Positions 29,101-37,373 of a DNA stretch of 64,000 nt are shown in pieces. Origin of the DNA: Thermoplasmatota archaeon (GTDB taxonomy: Archaea > Thermoplasmatota > JAKEGO01). Every line of letters begins with the position of its first letter. The first letter of the stretch is position 1. Made by a program: the position numbers and the translations under genes. The notes under the pieces are model-generated. The model was not told the origin of the DNA, made no database searches, and saw nothing but the letters and a program-made list of their open reading frames with translations. Location: NCBI GenBank assembly GCA_028279595.1, contig JANQNK010000013.1, positions 32,001-96,000 on the forward strand, in the 5' to 3' direction.

Positions 29101-30963
29101 TCAGTCCTCGGAATGGTCGTTCTTGCTGTCGGGCGCACCGATACCGTCCCTGACCTTCACGACGATCCCCTTCCCGAACCGCGGAAGCTCCTCCCCGGTC
29201 AGAATGGTCCGTCCGACGGCCATAACCTCGTCGTTGCAATTGACGACGATGGTCTCCTCCATCACACCAAGTCCCGGGTCGGCGTCGATGACGAACTGGG
29301 CGAACACGTTCCTTCCGAGCCGATTGTTCTCCGCGGAATCGTCGTTTACTATGACCCGCATCGTCGGAGCCTCCGTACCGGCCTGGATACGCCGTGCACC
29401 CGCGACCTTCAGGCTGAAGAACCCGTCGTTCCGCATCGACAGCACGTGGTCGCCGTCGGCGTGAACGGTCCTGATCCTTCCCGTCTTGCTGGACGTGACT
29501 ATCGACAGCCTGCCTGCGAGGACGAGGTCCGCGATCACGGGTCCGAACTGATATGCGGCTACGGTCCTCACGCGCCTCTCGTCAGGGTCCTCGATGGGGT
29601 CCCCCCTCTCTATCGTCACCGACCTGTCCACGGCCTTCCGCCAGAGGGACATCTCTCCGGACGTGTGCACCAGGCCAGCCGGATAGATCTGGTCCAGCGA
29701 ATCCGGTATGAACCCGATCGGGTGATGGAAGATGACACGGTCCCTCTCCTGCTGGTTGTCGAAGGGACTCCCCTCCTTGAGCTGGACCACTGACCAGTCG
29801 CCCTTCAGGACGACCCTCTCCTTGAGCCGTTTCCGGTACCTGACGAAGGCGGGCCTCTGGACATCCACCAGGTTCGTGACGAACTCGCTGGTCCTCGATA
29901 GCGGTTCGAACCTCTCCATCTTGTCAGACCATTCGAGCAGATGCCTGTAGGCGGCGTAGAGGTCCGGATGGCACGACGTCCTCATGGCCACGAACTCCCA
30001 GAGACTGCCCTCCGCGATCGCCTGGTGGATGGCCTTGATCTCCTGGAACGACGTCCAGAGGTTGTGTCGCGCAAGGGCCTCCTGCCTCACATCGGGCTTC
30101 TGCTGCATAAGTTCCTTGGGGGTGTACCTGCTGCAGGTCTCGCACGAGCAGGGGAAGGCTGACAGTTCCTTGAGATGCCTTGTCCCCCACGGGAACATTA
30201 TCCTGTCGTCGATGGCGTACTTCGCATACGCCGATGAATCGAAGAGGTCCATTCCCATGAGTGTCGCGAGCCCGAACACCATGGGATGTCCGGCGCCGAA
30301 CAGATGTGTCGGCCTCTCCGGAGGGAGGTTGAGCACCGAGGACATCACGACGTCCACGAGCTCGACGTACCTGTAGTCCTCCATCAGCGGGACGACCCCG
30401 CCGATCGGATGGACCTGGAGGTCCATGTCGCGGTAGGCCCTAGCACACCTGGCCCTCTGGTCGGGGAAGATGGATCCCTGGACGGGCGCTGCGATGGCAC
30501 GCCCCTTGCGCCCCTTCGCCGCCTCGCCGGCCCTCTTGACGGTCTCGTCGACCATCGAAATGACTTCCTTCCTCTCCGTGTCGGGCTCGGTGAAGAGGTC
30601 GAGGATCGTCGAGATGTCCGAACCGATCTTCGCCTGGAACCTCATTATATCCTTGGGCTTCACATCGACATGGCCGTAGACGTGGGCCTGGAACGTCCCG
30701 GAATCTGTCATGATCGGGCCGTCGAAGTTGAGGACCGTGTGGAGCCCGTGCTTCTCGAACGCCTTCCTGTGACGCGCCGATCTGAGGATTATGTAAGCGT
30801 TGGTGATGAGGCCGTCGGCTCCCATCTTCTTGAAGTCCTCTGGCTTGATGATGAGCTTCAGCGGGTTGACCACGGGCAGCAGCGTCGGCGTGTTGAGCAC
30901 GCCGTGCTCGGTGTGGAATGTGCCAAGCCTGGCCAGGCCGTCCCGCTTCTTTATCTCGAACAT
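29101..30963 (-). CDS. tgtA: Archaeosine tRNA-guanine(15) transglycosylase with PUA domain
   Basis: MFEIKKRDGLARLG, TPTLLPVVNP, MTDSGTFQ, IGGVVPLME, HLFGAGHP, FDSSAY, CSCETC/HN Zn site and a C-terminal PUA domain. Confidence 0.95.
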   Translation of the reverse strand: MFEIKKRDGLARLGTFHTEHGVLNTPTLLPVVNPLKLIIKPEDFKKMGADGLITNAYIILRSARHRKAFEKHGLHTVLNFDGPIMTDSGTFQAHVYGHVDVKPKDIMRFQAKIGSDISTILDLFTEPDTERKEVISMVDETVKRAGEAAKGRKGRAIAAPVQGSIFPDQRARCARAYRDMDLQVHPIGGVVPLMEDYRYVELVDVVMSSVLNLPPERPTHLFGAGHPMVFGLATLMGMDLFDSSAYAKYAIDDRIMFPWGTRHLKELSAFPCSCETCSRYTPKELMQQKPDVRQEALARHNLWTSFQEIKAIHQAIAEGSLWEFVAMRTSCHPDLYAAYRHLLEWSDKMERFEPLSRTSEFVTNLVDVQRPAFVRYRKRLKERVVLKGDWSVVQLKEGSPFDNQQERDRVIFHHPIGFIPDSLDQIYPAGLVHTSGEMSLWRKAVDRSVTIERGDPIEDPDERRVRTVAAYQFGPVIADLVLAGRLSIVTSSKTGRIRTVHADGDHVLSMRNDGFFSLKVAGARRIQAGTEAPTMRVIVNDDSAENNRLGRNVFAQFVIDADPGLGVMEETIVVNCNDEVMAVGRTILTGEELPRFGKGIVVKVRDGIGAPDSKNDHSED

Positions 30964-31062
30964 CGGACGTGGATTGACCTGCCTGTATAAATAAGGGAAC
31001 GGCGGGGACCTGCCCGATACCCATCCCGGAGCCATCCTCCCCAAGCCGACCGAATGATATGC

Positions 31063-31121
31063 GAACGGTCCACGGACCCGCTCGATCCAGGGACGGTCAA
31101 AGGATCGACGCGTCTCGCTGG
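31063..31121. repeat. Intergenic bipartite element, copy A
   Basis: GAACGGTCCACG...CGCTCGA...TCGACGCGTCTCGCTGG, matching 34559..34628. Confidence 0.65.
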
Positions 31122-31163
31122 CGTCGATGTGATGGGTCGGGTTGTATTTTCACTCCGCTCCCC

Positions 31164-31177
31164 GGAAAGGTTAAAAT
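31164..31177 (+). promoter_or_regulatory. BRE/TATA for a probably leaderless scpB transcript
   Basis: GGAAAGGTTAAAAT about 25 nt before ATG 31202; no RBS. Confidence 0.55.
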
Positions 31178-31201
31178 GGACGGTCGGCCTATCACCGACC
31201 G

Positions 31202-32056
31202 ATGTCAGGCGTCACCGTTGCGAAGTACATAATCGAGGCGGCGCTCTTCTCGGCAGGCAAGTCCATAACGGTCGAGGAGCTGAGCGAAGCCACAGGACTG
31301 GACAGGCGGACCGTTCGCAAGGCCGCCAAGGAGCTCATCGATGAGTATTCCGGCAGGGACACCTCCCTGGTGGTGACGAAGACCGCCACCGGGTTCGCCC
31401 TCGAGGTCAGGGCGAAGTACGCCAGGTACACGATGAAGCTGGCCGAACAGGAGATCCCGAGGATGGCCCTGAAGACCCTCGCCATCATAGCGTTCCACCA
31501 GCCGATCAAGCAGAGCAAGCTCAAGATGATGATAGGCGGCCGAGCCTACGAGGACGTCAAGGTCCTCCGGGAGATGGGATTGATAACCGTCAAACCGGAC
31601 GGGCGGTCCTTCAGGCTCGAGACGTCAGGAAGATTCCCCGATTACTTCGGGATCGACCCCGATCCCGCCGAGATCAAGAAACACCTCGCCGACCTCGTCG
31701 GTGTCACCCTACAGGTCGTTCCCGAGGGGGACGATGAGGAGGATGAGGCCGCGGAGGCCGAGGAAGAGGCCGCAGAAGCCGAGGACGGAACGGCCGGGGC
31801 TGCTGACGAGAAGGCCGCCGAACAGGAGGTCCAGGACGGAGAACCAGCGGAACCGGTGGTCGACGGGCCTGTTGACGAGCCCGAGGCCATTGTAGAGGGA
31901 CCGGAAGACGAACCCGGGGATGAGCCAGACGATGAGGGGCCCGATGACCTACCCGATGAGGAACCGGCGGACGACCTTGACGACGAGGACGCCAAGTACG
32001 GATCTGACGGGCTGAAGGCGGTCCAGGACGCCCTCCACGACGACGGGGGGATGTGA
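31202..32056 (+). CDS. scpB: SMC-Scp complex subunit ScpB with a long acidic tail
   Basis: IIEAALFSAG, LKTLAIIAFHQPI and F.DYFG motifs. Confidence 0.93.
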   Translation: MSGVTVAKYIIEAALFSAGKSITVEELSEATGLDRRTVRKAAKELIDEYSGRDTSLVVTKTATGFALEVRAKYARYTMKLAEQEIPRMALKTLAIIAFHQPIKQSKLKMMIGGRAYEDVKVLREMGLITVKPDGRSFRLETSGRFPDYFGIDPDPAEIKKHLADLVGVTLQVVPEGDDEEDEAAEAEEEAAEAEDGTAGAADEKAAEQEVQDGEPAEPVVDGPVDEPEAIVEGPEDEPGDEPDDEGPDDLPDEEPADDLDDEDAKYGSDGLKAVQDALHDDGGM

Positions 32057-32057
32057 T

Positions 32058-33059
32058 ATGCCCGGGACCTACAGGGAATCCGGCGTCGACGTGGAGCTCG
32101 AGTTCCAGGCGATATCCGGCCTCCTGAGGTCCCTCGAGGACGTCACACCTAGGCACGGCATCATATCAAGCCATTTCACGGGAATGATCGAGTTCGGGGA
32201 CTACGCTCTATCACTCTGCACGGACGGCGTCGGCACGAAGGTCATACTCGCCAGGGACGTCGGGAAGCTCGACACCATCGGGATCGACTGCATCGCCATG
32301 AACGTCAATGACATGATATGCGCCGGCGTCAGACCGCTGGCCTTCGTCGATTACCTGGCCATGGAGCGGCCATCCCCCGAGGAGACCGAGCAGATCGGCA
32401 AGGGTCTCGCCAGGGGGGCTGAACTATCCGATATCAGTGTCATCGGCGGGGAGACCGCCTCGCTCCCCGAGATCGTGAAGGGCTTCGACCTGGCCGGTAC
32501 CTGTCTTGGCTACGCCCGGAAGGACAGGCTCATCACGGGAGAGAAGGTCTCCGTCGGCGACCTCATCCTAGGCATCGAATCCACGGGGCCGCACTCCAAC
32601 GGATACACCCTCATCAGAAAGGTCCTCGGTTCCCGCTACGGCGAGGAGTTCGGGGATTCGACCGTGGGCGAGACGCTCCTCGAGCCCACCGGGATATATG
32701 TCAAGGCGATCTTGGACCTCGTGGAGAAGGTCGATGTCCACGGGATCGCCCACATCACGGGCGGTGGCTACAGGAACGTGACCCGCCTCAACCCGGGCCT
32801 CGGATACAGGTTCAGCACCCCCATCGACCCTCAGCCCATCTTCGGACTGATAAAGGACGCGGGCAACATATCGACCAGCGAGATGTACCGCACGTTCAAC
32901 ATGGGGATGGGGATGGCGGTCGTGGTCTCGCCCGAACATGGGAAGAAGGCCCTGAACATCCTCACCGACCATCACAGGGCCCAGGTCGTCGGAGAGGTGA
33001 TCGAGGGCGAGGGGATCAGGGTGGAGCCAGAGCTTCTGACGCTTCCGAAGTACATGTGA
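32058..33059 (+). CDS. purM: Phosphoribosylformylglycinamidine cyclo-ligase (AIR synthetase)
   Basis: YRESGVD, TDGVGTK, CIAMNVND, GGETA, GPHSNGY, HITGGG and RTFNMGMG. Confidence 0.96.
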   Translation: MPGTYRESGVDVELEFQAISGLLRSLEDVTPRHGIISSHFTGMIEFGDYALSLCTDGVGTKVILARDVGKLDTIGIDCIAMNVNDMICAGVRPLAFVDYLAMERPSPEETEQIGKGLARGAELSDISVIGGETASLPEIVKGFDLAGTCLGYARKDRLITGEKVSVGDLILGIESTGPHSNGYTLIRKVLGSRYGEEFGDSTVGETLLEPTGIYVKAILDLVEKVDVHGIAHITGGGYRNVTRLNPGLGYRFSTPIDPQPIFGLIKDAGNISTSEMYRTFNMGMGMAVVVSPEHGKKALNILTDHHRAQVVGEVIEGEGIRVEPELLTLPKYM

Positions 33060-33064
33060 TTACG

Positions 33065-33808
33065 ATGGCACTCCACATAGTGGGGATCGGACTGGTCCCG
33101 CAGGACATAACCGTCCGCGGAATCGAGACGGCGAAGGCATGCACTAGGGTCTTTCTGGACGGCTACACATCGGTCCAGGTCGAGGACGGCCTGGTCTCCC
33201 TGCTGAAGGAGGACATCGAGACACTTGACAGGGACACGATCGAGTCCGACCAGCTCATCGAGATGGCCAGGGATGAGGAGGTCTGCCTTCTCGTACCCGG
33301 CGACGGGATGACCGCGACAACCCACCTCACCCTGGTGATGGACTGCGAGGAGAAGGGTGTCGACGTGGACGTCGTACCGGGAATATCCATCGCCACCGTC
33401 GTACCGGGCATGCTCGGCCTCCAGTGGTACAAGTTCGGCAGATCGACGACCGTTCCCTTCCCGCAGGAGGGATACGCTCCGGACAGTCCCTACCAGGCCA
33501 TCAGGTCCAATCTGGAGACAGGCCTCCATACACTTGTACTCCTCGATATAAGGCCAGATGGGTTGATGACAGCTTCCGAGGGGCTCCAGCAACTTTTGGA
33601 CATGGCAGCCAAGGCGGGCGGTACATTCGGGCCGGGAACCATCGTCGCGGCAGTATCGAGGGCCGGTGCGTTGGACCAGATCGCCGTCGCCGGCAGTCTG
33701 GAGAACGTGATCGCCGCAGAATTGGGAGACCCGCCACACACCGTCGTGATACCAGGCGACCTCCATTTCATGGAGGAGGACGCCCTGAAGCGATTCTGGA
33801 TAGACTGA
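33065..33808 (+). CDS. dph5: Diphthine synthase
   Basis: LHIVGIGL, YTS, VPGD.MTATTH, GLQWYKFGRSTT, GLHTLVLLDI and PPHTVVIPGDLHFMEE. Confidence 0.94.
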   Translation: MALHIVGIGLVPQDITVRGIETAKACTRVFLDGYTSVQVEDGLVSLLKEDIETLDRDTIESDQLIEMARDEEVCLLVPGDGMTATTHLTLVMDCEEKGVDVDVVPGISIATVVPGMLGLQWYKFGRSTTVPFPQEGYAPDSPYQAIRSNLETGLHTLVLLDIRPDGLMTASEGLQQLLDMAAKAGGTFGPGTIVAAVSRAGALDQIAVAGSLENVIAAELGDPPHTVVIPGDLHFMEEDALKRFWID

Positions 33809-33845
33809 ACTCTAGAAGGTTCGTAACTTTTCGATTAACAAGCGA

Positions 33846-34481
33846 TCAGCTGAACTTGGGCTGTCTCACCAGGGTCCAGACATGGTACTCGTCATGCATC
33901 CGGACGCCCGTGCCATCATCCTCGAAGCCTATGCCTCGTGACTCTATCCTGATGGTCCAGGTCCCATCCTCAGGTTCGTCGATGAAGATCTGTTCCGTGT
34001 CCGAAAGGGATTCGTTGTGGCGCCTGTGGGCGGCCACCTTCGAATCTGGTCCCGTCACCCATATCTCGAGGTGCCTGTCAAGGTTCTTGAGCGCGTGCAT
34101 GGTCGTGTTGACCTGGTTGTCATCGCCGATCGTGTTCTTGACAAGTGCCTGTATCGCTTCCCATCCGCTCTCGCTCGGGTTCAGCATGGTCAGGTTGTAG
34201 GATACGACCATTCTCGTGGTGCCTTCCTTGACCCTGAAGGATTTCTCGTCCTCCTTGTCGGTGAGGCCTGTCGGGTCGCCCTCGAGCAATGCGTTGAATA
34301 TATCGGTAGGTGTGAAGTCGTACTTCCAGAAGTATGAATGGACCTCTACGTCCTCGTAGCCGATCTGCTTCTTCTCCTCTCCCTCTACGAACCTCTTCCA
34401 GAGCTGTACGTCCAGACAGCCCATCGAGGGGAGCAACAGCATCATCACGCAGATGAACGGGACAATGGCACGGCGGCTCAT
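33846..34481 (-). CDS. Hypothetical lipoprotein with a PPC-like beta domain
   Basis: MSRR...LLPSMGCLD lipobox-like signal; LEIWVTGPD...PEDGTWTIRI. Confidence 0.75.
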   Translation of the reverse strand: MSRRAIVPFICVMMLLLPSMGCLDVQLWKRFVEGEEKKQIGYEDVEVHSYFWKYDFTPTDIFNALLEGDPTGLTDKEDEKSFRVKEGTTRMVVSYNLTMLNPSESGWEAIQALVKNTIGDDNQVNTTMHALKNLDRHLEIWVTGPDSKVAAHRRHNESLSDTEQIFIDEPEDGTWTIRIESRGIGFEDDGTGVRMHDEYHVWTLVRQPKFS

Positions 34482-34558
34482 CGGTACAGTGCTAAGCCTT
34501 CAGGGTAAAAAAACGTTCTGGTGTCCATTGCCCCTGCGGAAGACCTCTCTGGACCAAG

Positions 34559-34628
34559 GAACGGTCCACGTCTTTCCTAGAAAACGCGCTCGACGACGCT
34601 TCATGCTGTCGTCGACGCGTCCCACTGG
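34559..34628. repeat. Intergenic bipartite element, copy B
   Basis: GAACGGTCCACG...CGCTCGA...TCGACGCGTCCCACTGG, matching 31063..31121. Confidence 0.65.
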
Positions 34629-34692
34629 ATCAGGCGTTCATTGTCATCGTCTCCGCAAACGTTTAATCCGGAGATGTCATCACCTGGAGTAG

Positions 34693-35871
34693 ATGCTGGA
34701 CCTCATCGCCATCGCCCTGACCATCGGATTCATCGCCTACTGCGGCCTGTCGTTCATACAGTTCAGGTACCAGAGGTATCTGGATCGGCACGGTGCGCGG
34801 AGGTTCCCGAAGACGAAGCGTTCTGTCAGCGTCGTCATGCCCATCCTCTCCGACGACCCGGAACTCGAGAAGTACATCGTGAGCGCGTGCGAGCAGGACT
34901 ACCCCAACTACGACGTCCTGCTGGTGTCGAACGTCGAGGGAGAGCCAGGAGCGAGCGTCGGGATCGATGTGGCCTCCAGGTATGACCACGTCCGGCATGT
35001 CTTCGTCGGAGCACACGATCCGGCCGAGCGGGTCGGCAAGAACCATGCGCTCCTCGGCTCCCTCGACCATATCGAGGGCGAGGTGGTCCTCTTCAGCGAT
35101 GCGGACCTCGAGTTCGAAAGGGACTGGGTCCAGAGGATGGTGTCGCCCATCGGGAGGAAGCACAACGGCAGGGTCATCCGTGCGGTAGGTGCTCCGGTGA
35201 TAGTGCTCGGCAGGAACCGCCTCGGCCGGTTCTTCACCCTCTCCTCGAACCTGGTGATGTACCTGGCGGCGTTCGCAAGGCAGAGCCAGACATTCCCTGC
35301 TTACCTTTCCGGGCATTCGATGGCCATAGAGAGGGAATTGGTCGTGAAGGAGGTCGCGCCTTACTGGACGGACACCTACAACGACGACCTCATCCTGGCC
35401 TACGTCCTCCGCGAGCGGGATCACGCCCTGTATTACAATCCCGGGGTGATACTCCGACCCCAGGAGAACATGGCCTCGTGGAGCAGGCTGCACAAGAAGA
35501 TAGTCCGGTGGGGGATCACGGTACGCAGGTTCCAGCACCCTGCGATGAGGAACGAACTGACACGCGGAGGGTTCCTGAACGGCCAGGTCGCCATAGGCCT
35601 TCCACTTTCAGTGGTCCTGTTCCTCCTCGGCTATCCTTGCTTGGCCTTGATCGTTCTGGGGGCATTCTACGTTCAAGCCGTTGTGTTCAGATACATCATA
35701 GCCCGTTCCGCCGGCGAAAGGTTCGGCGCATTGATCCTGGCCACACCGATAAGCTACACGATATTCATGACGGTCTTCGGTCATTACTACTTCTGGGGAC
35801 GTCGGTTCACATGGGGCGGACACGACTACTACATCAAGGAGAGCTTCCGGATGGACGGAAGGACCGATTAG
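34693..35871 (+). CDS. Membrane glycosyltransferase, GT2/GT21 (ceramide glucosyltransferase/HpnI-like)
   Basis: N-terminal TM, VSVVMP, QDYPNY, GKNHAL, FSDAD, DDL, IVRW, C-terminal TMs and FTWGG. Confidence 0.85.
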   Translation: MLDLIAIALTIGFIAYCGLSFIQFRYQRYLDRHGARRFPKTKRSVSVVMPILSDDPELEKYIVSACEQDYPNYDVLLVSNVEGEPGASVGIDVASRYDHVRHVFVGAHDPAERVGKNHALLGSLDHIEGEVVLFSDADLEFERDWVQRMVSPIGRKHNGRVIRAVGAPVIVLGRNRLGRFFTLSSNLVMYLAAFARQSQTFPAYLSGHSMAIERELVVKEVAPYWTDTYNDDLILAYVLRERDHALYYNPGVILRPQENMASWSRLHKKIVRWGITVRRFQHPAMRNELTRGGFLNGQVAIGLPLSVVLFLLGYPCLALIVLGAFYVQAVVFRYIIARSAGERFGALILATPISYTIFMTVFGHYYFWGRRFTWGGHDYYIKESFRMDGRTD

Positions 35872-36037
35872 TGCATCACACTGATGCGTGTGTGTCTTTC
35901 CACACAGGCGATTTGAAGCCGTTTTCGGCACATTTCAAGAATAAACGCGGAAATCCGTGATTGCAAATAACCACAGTGGCTTTATATACCATAAATGAAA
36001 AAATAGGATACAAGGGAAACCGAGTGGTGGTCGGTGA

Positions 36038-36328
36038 ATGCAGTCAAAGAGCCCGAATGGAGGTCGGACGGACGCTCGCAAACCCCCCAGCGGGGACAGG
36101 TCCCGGATACTGGAACTTATGGCCCAGAACGGCGACTCCATGGTGATGCCAGTCATGGAGTTCCGGCTCGGAAAGCCTTGAAGCGAGTTCGCGTGCGAAA
36201 TCTGTGGCCTAGTGAGGGACGGCTACATCTCCCAGGAAGGGACCGTTATCACGGGGGACGTGATGCATCCGATGGTCCCGCAGTACAGGCTGACTGCGAA
36301 GGCGAGGGACGGTCTATCCCGACCGTAG
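36038..36328 (+). pseudogene. Winged-helix protein interrupted by an in-frame TGA (pseudogene or recoded gene)
   Basis: Hand translation: MQSK...RILELMAQNGDSMVMPVMEFRLGKP*SEFACEICGLVRDGYI...QYRLTAKARDGL. It aligns with the downstream ORF on both sides of TGA 36179-36181. Confidence 0.7.
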
Positions 36329-36337
36329 GTGAACGGA

Positions 36338-36619
36338 GTGGCGACGAGGAAGCAATTCGCGAAGGAGCATATCGCGATCATGGAGATCCTGGCAAATGAG
36401 CCGAACGGCTGTATCTACCTGCCGAGGCTCGAGGCCAAGCTCCGAAAACCGGTGACGGACTTCACCGAGATACTCATCGCCCTCGAGGATGCGGGCATGA
36501 TCACCCATGACCCGCCGATAGACCTACCGAGTCTGTCGTTCACCATCCTGTTCGAATACCAGATCACCGCGAAAGGACGAGAGGCCTTCAACGAGGCGAA
36601 GAACAACGGCTCCGATTGA
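36338..36619 (+). CDS. Small winged-helix (wHTH) protein
   Basis: IMEILA...LEDAGMI...YQITAKGRE wing motif; AGGTGA RBS before GTG 36338. Confidence 0.75.
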   Translation: MATRKQFAKEHIAIMEILANEPNGCIYLPRLEAKLRKPVTDFTEILIALEDAGMITHDPPIDLPSLSFTILFEYQITAKGREAFNEAKNNGSD

Positions 36620-36667
36620 CGCGATCTCCACTCCGATGACCACCGCCATCCTCTCAAGAAGCTCGCG

Positions 36668-37327
36668 TCAGTCGGGGCAAACATTCTCGAACGGTCTTAT
36701 GAACTCCAGAATGTCAGACAGGTCGTCGGAGAAGACCGTCCTGTCCGCGCCATCCGAGACCGATTTCTCCCTCGGATTGAACGCGATAGAGAGGTCGCTC
36801 ATGTCGAACATCGGGATGTCCACAGGGCTGTCGCCGATCGATATTATCCTCTCGACCTCTCCGATCCTTCCAAGGATGACCCTGAGCGGTGCCCCCTTGT
36901 TCAGCAGCGGGACCCTGAGGACGCCCCGCCCCGTCAGTTGTCCATCCTCGGTCGTCTCGAGCCCGTTGGCCACCGAATGGTCGATAGAGAGCTCCTCTGC
37001 CAGGCGGTTCGCCAGCAGGTCGAGCCCGCCGGATACGATCACGATGATGTAACCGCAGCCCTGAAGGTAGGATACCACGGTCTCGGCGCCCTTCATCAGT
37101 GGGATGTTCTCGACGATGTGCTCGATCTCGTCAACGGTCTCTATCCCGCGTTCGGACCACAACCTGATGTCCGACGCCATGAACTCGTGGTCGTCTATGC
37201 GCCCGCTCTTGTAGGCCAGATAACCCTTCTCGTTGTCGGTGTCGAGGGCCCGGTGAACGGTGGCCCATGAACTCACGCCCTGTACCAGAACGCCATCCAT
37301 GTCGAAAACGGCCACCTTCTCTCCCAT
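36668..37327 (-). CDS. HAD-IB hydrolase, phosphoserine phosphatase-like
   Basis: FDMDGVL, SSW, IVSGG, NKG and IGDSPVDIPM...FNP. Confidence 0.88.
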   Translation of the reverse strand: MGEKVAVFDMDGVLVQGVSSWATVHRALDTDNEKGYLAYKSGRIDDHEFMASDIRLWSERGIETVDEIEHIVENIPLMKGAETVVSYLQGCGYIIVIVSGGLDLLANRLAEELSIDHSVANGLETTEDGQLTGRGVLRVPLLNKGAPLRVILGRIGEVERIISIGDSPVDIPMFDMSDLSIAFNPREKSVSDGADRTVFSDDLSDILEFIRPFENVCPD

Positions 37328-37373
37328 GTGGCAGTAAGCCTGTATCCTGTTAAATACATTTTCCGCTGAACGG

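Noticed and set aside
36326-36331. TAG directly joining the two wHTH ORFs in frame (pyrrolysine readthrough)
   Set aside because: The downstream ORF has its own AGGTGA RBS and GTG start, and no pyl genes are in the window.
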